From contig CAVXJX010000015.1 in the NCBI GenBank assembly GCA_963762195.1, positions 5,479-69,478 of the forward strand: a stretch of 64,000 nucleotides of DNA. Reading direction: 5' to 3'. Position 1 is the first letter of the stretch. Every line of letters begins with the position of its first letter. This DNA comes from an uncultured Solirubrobacterales bacterium. GTDB lineage: Bacteria > Actinomycetota > Thermoleophilia > Solirubrobacterales > JBBDJG01. Under the pieces are notes generated by a model. It did not search any database. It was not told where the DNA came from and was given only the letters and a program-made list of their open reading frames with translations. Below are positions 29,947 to 38,993 of this stretch, one piece after another. Position numbers and translations under genes: made by a program.

Positions 29947-32488
29947 TTTCGACTAGGACTGGAGTGCTGTCGGCTAGCACGTTTGCGTTGCTCTCCGCCG
30001 TGCCCTCTATCAGCGTGGCTGTGCCTCGCTTTGCTCGTTCGCGGATTTGGACTGTTGCTTTGACTGCGTGGCCGTTGCTTCTTACTTGGACTTCGTCGCC
30101 TGATTGGACGGCTAGGCGTTCGGCGTCTAGGGGGCTTAGCTCTACCTGCTGGCCGGTGACCAGGAAGCGCAGTGACGGGGAGTGGTCGGCTACCCACGAT
30201 GCCCACAGGCCGGGCCGTGTCGAGAGCCGCAGCGCGTCGCCGGCGGCGAGGGGCGTGGGAGGCTCTGCGGCTGGGCCGAAGCTGAGTTCGCCGAACGCGG
30301 CGCCGTCGCCCTGCGGGCGGTCCTGCCAGCGCACGCCGCGGCCGCCGATCTCGTCGAGCGTGATGCCGGCGTACATCGGCACCTCCTCCGCGAGCTGCGT
30401 GAGCACCGCACCGGCGGTCACCCATCGGGCCGCGTCGAGCCCGAGCCGCGCCCCGATGTCGGCCAGCACCTGCCACTCGGCGCGCACCTCGCCGGGGTGC
30501 CCGATGCCGGGGCGCAGGCGCTGCAGGCGCCCGTCGGGATGCGTGACGGTCCCCTCCTTCTCGGCGTAGGACTCGGCGGGGAACACGACGTCCGCGTGTT
30601 CGATCGTCGCCTCGCTCAGGAACTGCTGGTGGGCCACGACGAAGGCCGCCTTGCGCAGCGCCTCGTCCCACTGTGCCCGCCCCGGGTAGTCGCGCAGCGG
30701 GTCGCTGTGCAGGAGGTAGAAGGCGGTCACGTCGTCTCCCGCCAGGCAGGCCTCGCGCGCGCCCGCGCCCGCGTGACCCGGTGCCGTGTCGGACAGCCCC
30801 GGGCCGATCCCGGCGACGCATCCCACCTCGCGCAGGCCGCGCCCGTTGGCGCCCGCCGGGACCTCGATCAGGCCCGAGCCCTCGGCGGCGTCGAGGCCGA
30901 GCACGAGTCCCAGGTCCGCGAGCGCCTCCAGGGCGCTCGCCCCGCGCTCGCCCCATCCGAGGCGCTCGCCCCAGATCACGACAACGTTGTCCGCCTCGGT
31001 CAGCAGCGCCGCTGCGTCCCGCAGGTCGGTCAGGTCGACCTCCGCGATCTCGGCGAGCCGTTCGAGGGAGTGCTCTGCGAGCAGGCCGGCGAGGCTCGCA
31101 TGTCCACCGGGCGCGGAGCTCGGCGGGGCGCCCTCCTCCGGGGTGCCGTTCTCGGTCTCGAGGAGCGCCTTCTGCAGCGCCCGCAGCAGCGACTCGGTGC
31201 CGCCGGGCGCGAAGCGCAGGATCTCGGTGGCGCCTCCGTCGAGCGCGGTGGGCGCGCTCGTGGCGATCACGAGCCGGGTGCCGTGGCGGCGCACCGCCTT
31301 GCGCAACCGCAGGTCGAAGATCGGAGCCTCGTCGACGGGGTTGGTCTCCAGCACCAGGACCGCCGACGCGTTGTCGACGTCCGGGAGCGCGGCGGCCAGG
31401 TCGGGGTGTGAGAGCCGGCGGGCCAGCGACGGCGTCAGGTGGCCGCCCTGGCGCGCGTCCACGTGTGGCGAGCCGAGCGCCTCGCGGAAGATGCGCTGCA
31501 GGAGCCATCCCTCTTCGTTGCTGGTCTGCCCGCCGACCACCGCCGCGGCCCCGGAGCCGGCACGCGAGAGCCCCTCGGCCGCGGCGGCGAGCGCGCGCTC
31601 CCAGGTCGCCGGGCGCAGGTGTCCGCCGTCGCGCACCAGCGGCTCGAGCACGCGGCCGTCCGGGCGAGTGGACTGGTAGCCCCAACGACCCTTGTCGCAG
31701 AGCCAGCCGTCGTCGACGGCGTTGTTGTCGCGCGGCTGGACACGCTCGACGCGCTCGTCACGGATCGTCAGCTCCACGTTGCACTGGCTCGGGCAGAGAG
31801 TGCAGATGGTGCCCGCGCCCTCGATGTCCCACGGGCGCGCGCGGAAGCGATAGGAGGTGTTGGTGAGTGCGCCGACCGGGCACAGGTCGATCACGTTCCC
31901 CGAGAACGGTGCCTGGTAGGGACGCCCGTCGAAGGTGCCGACGAAGGTGTGGTCGGCGCGCTCGAGGAACATGAGCTGGTCGTCTTCTGCGACCTCCTGC
32001 GAGAAGCGCACGCAGCGATAGCAGAGGATGCATCGCTCGCGGTCGATCGCGATCAGCGGCGAGAGCGCGATCGGCTTGGGAAAGTTGCGCTTGTCTTCGA
32101 CGAAGCGGCTGCGGCCCGGACCCCATCCGTACGTGATGTCCTGCAGCGGGCACTCGCCTCCCTTGTCGCACACGGGGCAGTCGAGCGGATGGTTTACGAG
32201 CAGAAACTCGACGACCGCGTTCTGCGCGTTCTTCACGCGGTCGGTCTGCGTGTAGACGACCATTCCGTCCTTGACCGGCGTCGAGCAGGAGGTCTGGAGC
32301 TTCGGCATCCCCTCGACCTCGACCATGCACATGCGGCACGCGCCGACCGGCGCCCCGAGCTTGGGCTCGTAACAGAAGTAGGGAACCTCGACGTCCCCGC
32401 GCTTGGCCGCGTCGAGCAGCCATTCCCCCTCCGGCGCCCGCACCTCCCGCCCATCGACGGAAAAGGTGATCCAATCGCCCTGGCTCAT
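29930..32488 (-). CDS. nuoG: NADH-quinone oxidoreductase subunit G
   Basis: CY...GACRMC, NHPLDCPVCDKGGECPLQ, RCILCYRCVRF, C..C...C/WLCDKGR; start at ATG 32488. Confidence 0.95.
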   Translation of the reverse strand: MSQGDWITFSVDGREVRAPEGEWLLDAAKRGDVEVPYFCYEPKLGAPVGACRMCMVEVEGMPKLQTSCSTPVKDGMVVYTQTDRVKNAQNAVVEFLLVNHPLDCPVCDKGGECPLQDITYGWGPGRSRFVEDKRNFPKPIALSPLIAIDRERCILCYRCVRFSQEVAEDDQLMFLERADHTFVGTFDGRPYQAPFSGNVIDLCPVGALTNTSYRFRARPWDIEGAGTICTLCPSQCNVELTIRDERVERVQPRDNNAVDDGWLCDKGRWGYQSTRPDGRVLEPLVRDGGHLRPATWERALAAAAEGLSRAGSGAAAVVGGQTSNEEGWLLQRIFREALGSPHVDARQGGHLTPSLARRLSHPDLAAALPDVDNASAVLVLETNPVDEAPIFDLRLRKAVRRHGTRLVIATSAPTALDGGATEILRFAPGGTESLLRALQKALLETENGTPEEGAPPSSAPGGHASLAGLLAEHSLERLAEIAEVDLTDLRDAAALLTEADNVVVIWGERLGWGERGASALEALADLGLVLGLDAAEGSGLIEVPAGANGRGLREVGCVAGIGPGLSDTAPGHAGAGAREACLAGDDVTAFYLLHSDPLRDYPGRAQWDEALRKAAFVVAHQQFLSEATIEHADVVFPAESYAEKEGTVTHPDGRLQRLRPGIGHPGEVRAEWQVLADIGARLGLDAARWVTAGAVLTQLAEEVPMYAGITLDEIGGRGVRWQDRPQGDGAAFGELSFGPAAEPPTPLAAGDALRLSTRPGLWASWVADHSPSLRFLVTGQQVELSPLDAERLAVQSGDEVQVRSNGHAVKATVQIRERAKRGTATLIEGTAESNANVLADSTPVLVEILRTA

Positions 32489-33804
32489 CAGGCCGCCGTA
32501 TCGGTGATCGAAATGGGCGGGTTTTCCTGCGAACTGCGTAACTGCGTAACTGCGTAACTGGCAGCAGCCGCTTCGATATGCGCTTCGAACTCCGGCCGGA
32601 AGTTCGCAATCATGCTGCCAACGGGCATCGCCATCGAATCGCCGAGCAGGCACAGGCAGTTGCCGATGATGTTGCTCTGCACGTCGACCATGACGTCGAG
32701 GTCCATCGGCGTGGCCTCGCCGCTGTCCACGCGCTCGAGCATCTTCACCGTCCAGTTGGTCCCCTCGCGGCACGGCACGCACTTGCCGCAGGACTCGTGG
32801 CGGTAGAACTCGGCCAGCCGCAGCGCGACCGACACGATCGGCACCGAGTCGTCCACGACGATGATCGCCCCGGAGCCCAGCATCGAGCCGGCCTGCGCCA
32901 TGTGCTCGAAGTCATAGGGCAGATCGAGGTGCTCTTCTGTGAGAACCGGCGCGGAGGACCCGCCCGGGAACCAGGCCTTCAGCCGCCGGCCGTCTGGCGG
33001 CCCGCCCGCGAGCCCGTAGATGATCTCGCGTGACGGGATGCCCAGCTCGATCTCGTAGTTGCCGGGGCGCTGCACGCAGCCGGACACGGACACGACCTTC
33101 GTCCCGGGCGAGCGCTCGGTCCCGAACCTGCGGAACCAGTCGACGCCGTTGGCGATGATGTGCGGGACGTTGCAGAGCGTCTCGACGTTGTTGATCAAGG
33201 TCGGCCCCTGATAGAGGCCCTGGTTGGCGGGGAACGGCGGCTTCAGCCGCGGGTTGCCGCGCTTGCCCTCGAGGGAGTCGAGCAGCGCCGTCTCCTCGCC
33301 GCAGATGTACGCACCGGCGCCGCGATGCACGACCAGGGGACAACCGAATCCGGTGCCGAGGATGCTGTCGCCGACGTAACCGCGCGTGTAGGCCTCCGTG
33401 ACGGCAGCGTCGAGGATGTCCGCCTCCTCCTCGTACTCGCCACGAATGTAGATGAACGCGTGGGTGATCCCGGCCGCATACGCCGCGATCAGGATCCCCT
33501 CGATCAGCTGGTGCGGGTTGCGGTGCATCAGCTCGCGGTCCTTGAACGTTCCGGGCTCGGACTCGTCCGCGTTGCAGCACAGGTACTTCTGGATGTTGCC
33601 GTGAGGCAGGAAGCTGGCCTTCTTCCCCATCGAGAAGCCTGCGCCGCCGCGCCCGCGCAGTCCGCTCGCCTCCAGTTCCTTGAGGACCTGGTCGCCCGTC
33701 ATCTCCGTGAGCGCCTTGCGCAGCGCGCCGTAACCGCCCAGCCGCTCGTACGTCTCGATCCGGTTCAGGTCCGGAACGTCGACGTGCTTCAGCAGGATGC
33801 TCAT
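32488..33804 (-). CDS. nuoF: NADH-quinone oxidoreductase subunit F
   Basis: SGLRGRGGAGF, NADESEPGTFKDR, GAGAYICGEET, ESCGKCVPCREG. Confidence 0.96.
   Translation of the reverse strand: MSILLKHVDVPDLNRIETYERLGGYGALRKALTEMTGDQVLKELEASGLRGRGGAGFSMGKKASFLPHGNIQKYLCCNADESEPGTFKDRELMHRNPHQLIEGILIAAYAAGITHAFIYIRGEYEEEADILDAAVTEAYTRGYVGDSILGTGFGCPLVVHRGAGAYICGEETALLDSLEGKRGNPRLKPPFPANQGLYQGPTLINNVETLCNVPHIIANGVDWFRRFGTERSPGTKVVSVSGCVQRPGNYEIELGIPSREIIYGLAGGPPDGRRLKAWFPGGSSAPVLTEEHLDLPYDFEHMAQAGSMLGSGAIIVVDDSVPIVSVALRLAEFYRHESCGKCVPCREGTNWTVKMLERVDSGEATPMDLDVMVDVQSNIIGNCLCLLGDSMAMPVGSMIANFRPEFEAHIEAAAASYAVTQLRSSQENPPISITDTAA
32520..32560 (-). repeat. (CAGTTACG)3-CAGTTCGCAGGAAAACC repeat inside the nuoF 3' end
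   Basis: Seen directly; translated as SYAVTQLRSSQEN. Confidence 0.9.
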
Positions 33805-34466
33805 GAAGAGGGATCCCTCTCCACCGCGGGCACACCGATCGTCGGCATCTTCTCCGGGAGCAGGTCCGACGCGGCGTTTCCGCGTCGAAGATGTTCGACG
33901 ATCGTGTCCGCATCGTCAGGTGTTAGGGGTCCACGGTAGTTTCCGTCGATGGACGCCATCGGCGCGATGTCGCAGGCGCCGAGGCACTCGAACGAGCGCA
34001 GGTGAAACACGCCGTCTGCGCTCGACCCGCCGACCGGCGCCCCGGTCGCCTCGGAGAGCCCGGCGAGCACGTCTTGTGCGCCGCGCATCTGGCACGACAG
34101 GTTCGTGCACATGTAGATGGTGTGCGTGCCGACGGGCTGTAGCTCGAGCATGTCGTAGAAGCTTGCGACCGACTCGAGGTAAGCGGGACTGAACTGCATC
34201 ACCGCAGCAACCTGAAGCATCGCCTCGGGCGAAAGCCATCCATGCTCACGCTGAGCAGCCGCCAACGCCGGCAGCACCGCCGACCGCCGGTCCGGATACA
34301 GAGACAAGTGGTGCTCGATAGTCGCCCGCAAGTCGTCGGGAACCGCCACATCACTAGGCTCGGGCACAAGCGCCGGATCAGCGTCAACGCGCGCCCCCTC
34401 CCACACCTGCGCAGCCAAACGACTACGCGACCCCGGAGTCCCACGCAAATGGTCAAACTTGCTCAT
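33801..34466 (-). CDS. nuoE: NADH-quinone oxidoreductase subunit E
   Basis: YP..RSAVLP.L..AQ...GWL, CTNLSC, ECLGAC..AP. Confidence 0.95.
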   Translation of the reverse strand: MSKFDHLRGTPGSRSRLAAQVWEGARVDADPALVPEPSDVAVPDDLRATIEHHLSLYPDRRSAVLPALAAAQREHGWLSPEAMLQVAAVMQFSPAYLESVASFYDMLELQPVGTHTIYMCTNLSCQMRGAQDVLAGLSEATGAPVGGSSADGVFHLRSFECLGACDIAPMASIDGNYRGPLTPDDADTIVEHLRRGNAASDLLPEKMPTIGVPAVERDPSS

Positions 34467-35704
34467 CTGTCAATGCCGCCCAAAATGGGATCCAGCATCG
34501 CCAGATTCGTGATCATGTCGGCGATGTAGCCGCCTACGACCATCTCGCGAAGCGCCTGCAGGTTCACGAAAGACGGGTCGCGCATGTGTACACGGGCCGG
34601 CTTGGCAGAGCCGTCGGAGAGCACGAAGCAGGCCATCTCCCCGCGCGGGCTCTCGATCGGCACGTAGGCCTCCCCGGGCGGTACGCGAAAACCCTCTGTG
34701 ACGAGCTTGAAGTGGTGGATCAGGGCCTCCATCGAGGTCGCCAGCTCGTGCCGCGGCGGCAGCGCGACCTTGCGATTGGCAGTAATGACCGGGCCTTCGG
34801 GCAGTCCCTCGATCGCCTGCCGGACGATGCTGCAGGACTCGCGGATCTCGGCGACGCGCACGCGGTAGCGGTCGTAGCAATCACCCACCGTGCCCACGGG
34901 AATCCTGAAGTCGAACTTGTCGTACGAGGAGTAGGGGGATGCCTTGCGCAGGTCCCACGGATTGCCCGCCGCGCGCAGCAGCGGCCCGGTCACGCCGAGC
35001 TCGAGCAGCCGTTCCTGGGAAACGATGCCGACGTCCCTGGTGCGCTGCAGGAAGATCTCGTTGCGGTCGAGGATTGCCTCGTACTGCCCGACACGCTCCT
35101 CCATGTCCCGTGTGAAGCGCAGCGCCTTCTCCGCCCAGCCGGCCGGGATGTCGTCCGCCACCCCCCCGACCTGGATGTAGCGCGTGTGCATCCGCTGTCC
35201 CGACGAGTACTCGAACAGGTCGAGCACCTTGTCGCGCTCGCGGAAGCAGTACCAGAAGATCGAGATCGCGCCGAGGTCGAGCGCGGTCGTACCCAGCCAC
35301 ACCAGGTGCGAATGGATCCGGTTCAGCTCGCAGTGGATCACGCGCAGGTACTGCGCGCGCTCGGGAACGGGCTCGTCGAGCAACCGCTCGACCGACATGC
35401 AGAACGCCATCGCGTTGAAGTAGTAGGCGAGGTAGTCCATGCGCTCGACGAGGGGAATCACCTTCCAGTACGACTTGTCCTCGCACGATTTCTCGATCCC
35501 CGTGTGCACGTAGCCGACGTAGGGAATCGCTTCGAGCACCTCCTCGGCCCGCAGCGTCACGAGCAGCCGCAGCACCCCGTGCGTCGCGGGGTGGTGCGGG
35601 CCGAAGTTGATCGTCATCAGCTCCGATTCCGCCTGGGCGTCGTCGGCCGGCTCCGCGGTTACGCCGACTGCCAGCTGCCGGACGCTGCCGGACGGCTCGC
35701 TCAC
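34463..35704 (-). CDS. nuoD: NADH-quinone oxidoreductase subunit D
   Basis: NFGPHHPATHGVLRL, GYVHTGIEK, RMDY, ESPRGE, DPILGGIDR. Confidence 0.96.
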   Translation of the reverse strand: MSEPSGSVRQLAVGVTAEPADDAQAESELMTINFGPHHPATHGVLRLLVTLRAEEVLEAIPYVGYVHTGIEKSCEDKSYWKVIPLVERMDYLAYYFNAMAFCMSVERLLDEPVPERAQYLRVIHCELNRIHSHLVWLGTTALDLGAISIFWYCFRERDKVLDLFEYSSGQRMHTRYIQVGGVADDIPAGWAEKALRFTRDMEERVGQYEAILDRNEIFLQRTRDVGIVSQERLLELGVTGPLLRAAGNPWDLRKASPYSSYDKFDFRIPVGTVGDCYDRYRVRVAEIRESCSIVRQAIEGLPEGPVITANRKVALPPRHELATSMEALIHHFKLVTEGFRVPPGEAYVPIESPRGEMACFVLSDGSAKPARVHMRDPSFVNLQALREMVVGGYIADMITNLAMLDPILGGIDR

Positions 35705-36231
35705 TCGTACCACCTCGGCGTCTCATGCTCGTTGTGCGTGAACAGCACCGGCTCGCCCCCCATCGGGAAGTCGCGGCGCTGCGGGAAGCCCGCGTATTCG
35801 TCGGGCATCAGGATGCGGCGCAGGTCGGGGTGGCCACGGAACACGATGCCGAACATGTCGTAGATCTCGCGCTCCTGGAAGTTGGCCGTCGGGAACAGCT
35901 CCACGACCGAGTCCAGCTCCGGCAGCTGCGGCTCGCCCGGGTCCTCCAGCAGCGCCTTCACGTGCAGGCGCTCGACGCGCTCCATGTTGAGCAGCTCGTA
36001 GTGGACGCCGAAGCGCGGCTCGTGCGGCAGGTAGTCGCAGCCGTGCACGCTGGCGAGGAAGTGGTAGTCCTGGTTGGGCGTGCGGCGCAGCCAGGTCAGC
36101 ACGGGCAGCACGGCCTCCGGGTCGATCACGAGCGTGGCGGCGCCGCGGTGGTGCTCCGCATCGGTCACGGAGCCGGGGACCTGCTCACGCAGGTCGTGTG
36201 CGATCAGCTCTAGTCCTGTGGCGTCAGGCAA
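35701..36231 (-). CDS. nuoC: NADH-quinone oxidoreductase subunit C
   Basis: ANFQEREIYDMFGIVF.GHPDLRRILMP. Confidence 0.95.
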   Translation of the reverse strand: MPDATGLELIAHDLREQVPGSVTDAEHHRGAATLVIDPEAVLPVLTWLRRTPNQDYHFLASVHGCDYLPHEPRFGVHYELLNMERVERLHVKALLEDPGEPQLPELDSVVELFPTANFQEREIYDMFGIVFRGHPDLRRILMPDEYAGFPQRRDFPMGGEPVLFTHNEHETPRWYE

Positions 36232-36234
36232 GAG

Positions 36235-36867
36235 TCAGCCGTTTGGTTCCGGACCGTCGCCGAGCTCCTCCGTGCCGTGTGCGCCGTATCGCTCCCGCCA
36301 GCCGAGCGTGGGATCTCCCTTGATCTTGGCCTGCAGCTTGATGATGCCGTGGAGCAGTGCCTCGGGCCGGGGCGGGCAGCCGGGCACATGGACGTCCACC
36401 GGCATGAACTTGTCGGCTCCCTGCACGAGCGCGTAGTTGTTGAAGACCCCGGCGCTGGAGGAGCATGCGCCCATCGCGATGACCCACTTGGGCTCGAGCA
36501 TCTGGTCGTAGATGCGGCGCACGACCGGCGCCATCTTGATCGACACGCGCCCCGACAGGATCAGCATGTCCGCCTGACGCGGCGAGGCGCGGAAGACCTC
36601 CGCCCCGAACCTCGCGCTGTCGTAGCGCGCGGTGACGATCGACATCATCTCGATGGCGCAGCAGGCCAGGCCGAACGTGGCGGGAAAGAGCGCGTTCGAG
36701 CGCGCCCAGCTGAGCGCCTTCTCGAGCGTCGTCGTCAGCACCCTCTCCTCGACGTACGCGTCGAGGTCGGCGCCGGACCTGTCGATCCCCCGCAGCATCT
36801 CGCTGGCGCGGTGCTGGCGGGCCAGCAGGTCGGCGGGACCCGCAACTTTCTCCCGCTTCACTTCCAT
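36235..36867 (-). CDS. nuoB: NADH-quinone oxidoreductase subunit B
   Basis: [30 protein letters not shown]. Confidence 0.96.
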   Translation of the reverse strand: MEVKREKVAGPADLLARQHRASEMLRGIDRSGADLDAYVEERVLTTTLEKALSWARSNALFPATFGLACCAIEMMSIVTARYDSARFGAEVFRASPRQADMLILSGRVSIKMAPVVRRIYDQMLEPKWVIAMGACSSSAGVFNNYALVQGADKFMPVDVHVPGCPPRPEALLHGIIKLQAKIKGDPTLGWRERYGAHGTEELGDGPEPNG

Positions 36868-37214
36868 TCGAGTGCTCCTCTGCGCCACACGTAGACGAAG
36901 GCGACGGCGAGCAATGCGACGAAGATCAGTGTCTCGATCAGGACGAACGTGCCGGCCGCCTTGAGGTGCACTGCGACCGGGTAGAGGAAGATGACCTCGA
37001 TGTCGAACAGGATGAAGAGCATCGCGATCAGGTAGAAGCTGATGCCGAAGCGGAACCCATGCTGCACGTCGGAGGGCAAACCGCATTCGTAGGGCGCCGA
37101 CTTGACCGGCGTTGGATTACGCGGACCGAGGACGCGGTTGAGCATCGTGAAGGCGATACCCACGATCGATCCGAGCGCGAGGAAGACCAGCACCGGCAGG
37201 TAGCTCTCGACCAA
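36858..37214 (-). CDS. nuoA: NADH-quinone oxidoreductase subunit A
   Basis: [25 protein letters not shown]. Confidence 0.95.
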   Translation of the reverse strand: MVESYLPVLVFLALGSIVGIAFTMLNRVLGPRNPTPVKSAPYECGLPSDVQHGFRFGISFYLIAMLFILFDIEVIFLYPVAVHLKAAGTFVLIETLIFVALLAVAFVYVWRRGALEWK

Positions 37215-37270
37215 CTCGTTACCCCTCCTGGTGCGGGTCTGGGGGAGCCGTATTCCGCACTGGAATCCGA

Positions 37271-37300
37271 GTTATACCACCTTTGTAACAATGTGTTACA
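37271..37300. promoter_or_regulatory. nuo promoter region with palindromic operator TGTAACA-atg-TGTTACA
   Basis: Perfect 7-3-7 palindrome at 37284-37300, 7 nt upstream of a minus-strand TATAAC -10-like hexamer (37271-37276). Confidence 0.5.
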
Positions 37301-37343
37301 TAGTGCTTTCCGTCTCAATCTCACAGCCCTCCGGCGGCCTCAT

Positions 37344-37784
37344 TTGACTGAGGTCCACCTCGTCGTCGGCGTCGCCGTGCTGGCGCTGAACCTGGTCGCC
37401 GGCCTCTGGGGAGCGGGCGCCGCGCTTTTCGGCGCCACGCCCGTGTCGTTCTGGTACGTGTTACGGGCCGCCCAGATATCGGTGGTGGTGCAGGTGCTTC
37501 TGGGCGCGATCCTGCTGATCGCGGGCCGCGAGCCCACGGACGAGATCCACTACATGTACGGCATCGCACCCCTGCTCGTGAACCTGTTCGCGGAGGGCAT
37601 GCGCGCCGGAGCGGCGCAGCGCGAGCTGCCCGAGGACGTGGAGTTCGCAGGCCTGCCGGCCGGGGAGCAGCGCACGATCGCGCTGCGCATCGTGCGCCGG
37701 GAGATGACCATCATGAGCCTGGCCGCGCTGCTGGTGGCCGCCTTCTCGCTGCGCGCCGCCCAGGTCTCGGGCGCAATGTTCTAA
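37344..37784 (+). CDS. Hypothetical membrane protein
   Basis: Four hydrophobic segments, HYMYG motif; TTG start inferred. Confidence 0.65.
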   Translation: MTEVHLVVGVAVLALNLVAGLWGAGAALFGATPVSFWYVLRAAQISVVVQVLLGAILLIAGREPTDEIHYMYGIAPLLVNLFAEGMRAGAAQRELPEDVEFAGLPAGEQRTIALRIVRREMTIMSLAALLVAAFSLRAAQVSGAMF

Positions 37785-38314
37785 GCCCCCGGGCCCTCGA
37801 GCGCGCGGTCGACATCGGGGGGCGCGTCCTCGCGTTCGGTCAGCGACCAGTAATCGCCGCGGAAGAAGACCAGCGGGTCGCCGGCGACCTGCCACAGGTC
37901 GACGACCTCCCCCACGCCGATCAGATGGTCACCGCCGGGGTGAAGGTCGCGCAGCTCACAACCGAGCCAGGCGAGGCAACCTTCGATTGAGGGGACGCCG
38001 GAGCGCTCGGCCCACGTGAGTCCGTCGAACTTCTCTTCCTCCGGCATCTTGGAGGCGAACCGCGCGGCGACCTCCTCCTGGTCATGCGCAAGGAACTGCA
38101 CCCCGAAACGCCGGGAGTGCTCCACCGCTGCAAGGGTGCGCGACGTGAGCGCGAAGCAAACGATCATCAGTGGCGGTTCGAGCGACAGCGACGTGACCGC
38201 ATTTGCGGTCATCCCGCTGGGCCCGTCGGGACCGAGGGCGGTGACTACGCAGACGCCGGTCGCGAAGTATCCGCAGGAGTTCCGGAACTCGTCCGCGTCG
38301 ATCGGGCCCGCCAT
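37781..38314 (-). CDS. Flavin reductase family protein
   Basis: FATGVCVVT, GMTANAVTSLSLEPPL, GGDHLIGVGEV, PLVFFRG. Confidence 0.92.
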   Translation of the reverse strand: MAGPIDADEFRNSCGYFATGVCVVTALGPDGPSGMTANAVTSLSLEPPLMIVCFALTSRTLAAVEHSRRFGVQFLAHDQEEVAARFASKMPEEEKFDGLTWAERSGVPSIEGCLAWLGCELRDLHPGGDHLIGVGEVVDLWQVAGDPLVFFRGDYWSLTEREDAPPDVDRALEGPGA

Positions 38315-38531
38315 AGCGGGGATCTTCGCGGAGTAGAACCGTCCGGCGCCGACCCATTCGCCGCCGTCATGTGCGAGCGCGCCTCTCGAATAGTGGAGGC
38401 CGCACTCGAGGCAGGCAAGCTCTAAGAGCCTGATCCGCCCGACCGGCGCCGGACGTCCTCTAGTTCGCTCCGGGGGCCGCCTTCCCTGCCAGCGGTCCAC
38501 CCAGAGCCGGGGTAACTAATATGCCGCTCCG

Positions 38532-38982
38532 ATGAGGCCTCCCCGCATCGCAATCGGCGTCGCGCTCGTGGCAAGCGCCCTCGCGGGCGCGGGCTGCGGA
38601 CAGGACCAGGAGGTCGACACTCGCGGGGCCACCTTGTTCGCCGAGCGTTGCGCCGGGCTGCCACACGCTGAAGGCCGCGGGCACCGAGGGCAGCAATCCC
38701 GACGAACGCGTCGCCGGGCCGAACCTCGACCAGCGCCGGGAGACGAAGGACCAGGTCCTGTACGCGATCCGCAACGGTGGATTCTCGGGCGCGATCATGC
38801 CCCAGAACATCGTCGTCGGCGAAGACGCCGAGGCGGTCGCCGAGTTCGTCGCCGAGTTCGCCGGCAAGTCCGCGAAAGGCCCGCCCGGCCTGACGCCGGG
38901 AGGCGGGCAGAACGAGGCATCGGGCGGCTCGAGCCCGGACGAGGCTGGTACCACCGGGCAGTCCGGCAGCTCCGACGAGTAG
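38532..38982 (+). CDS. Lipoprotein cytochrome c; 1-nt insertion in the heme motif
   Basis: Lipobox-like AGC; removing one G near 38657 restores CAGCH; GPNLD and IMP axial Met; stop at 38982. Confidence 0.85.
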
Positions 38983-38993
38983 GACGATTCGCC

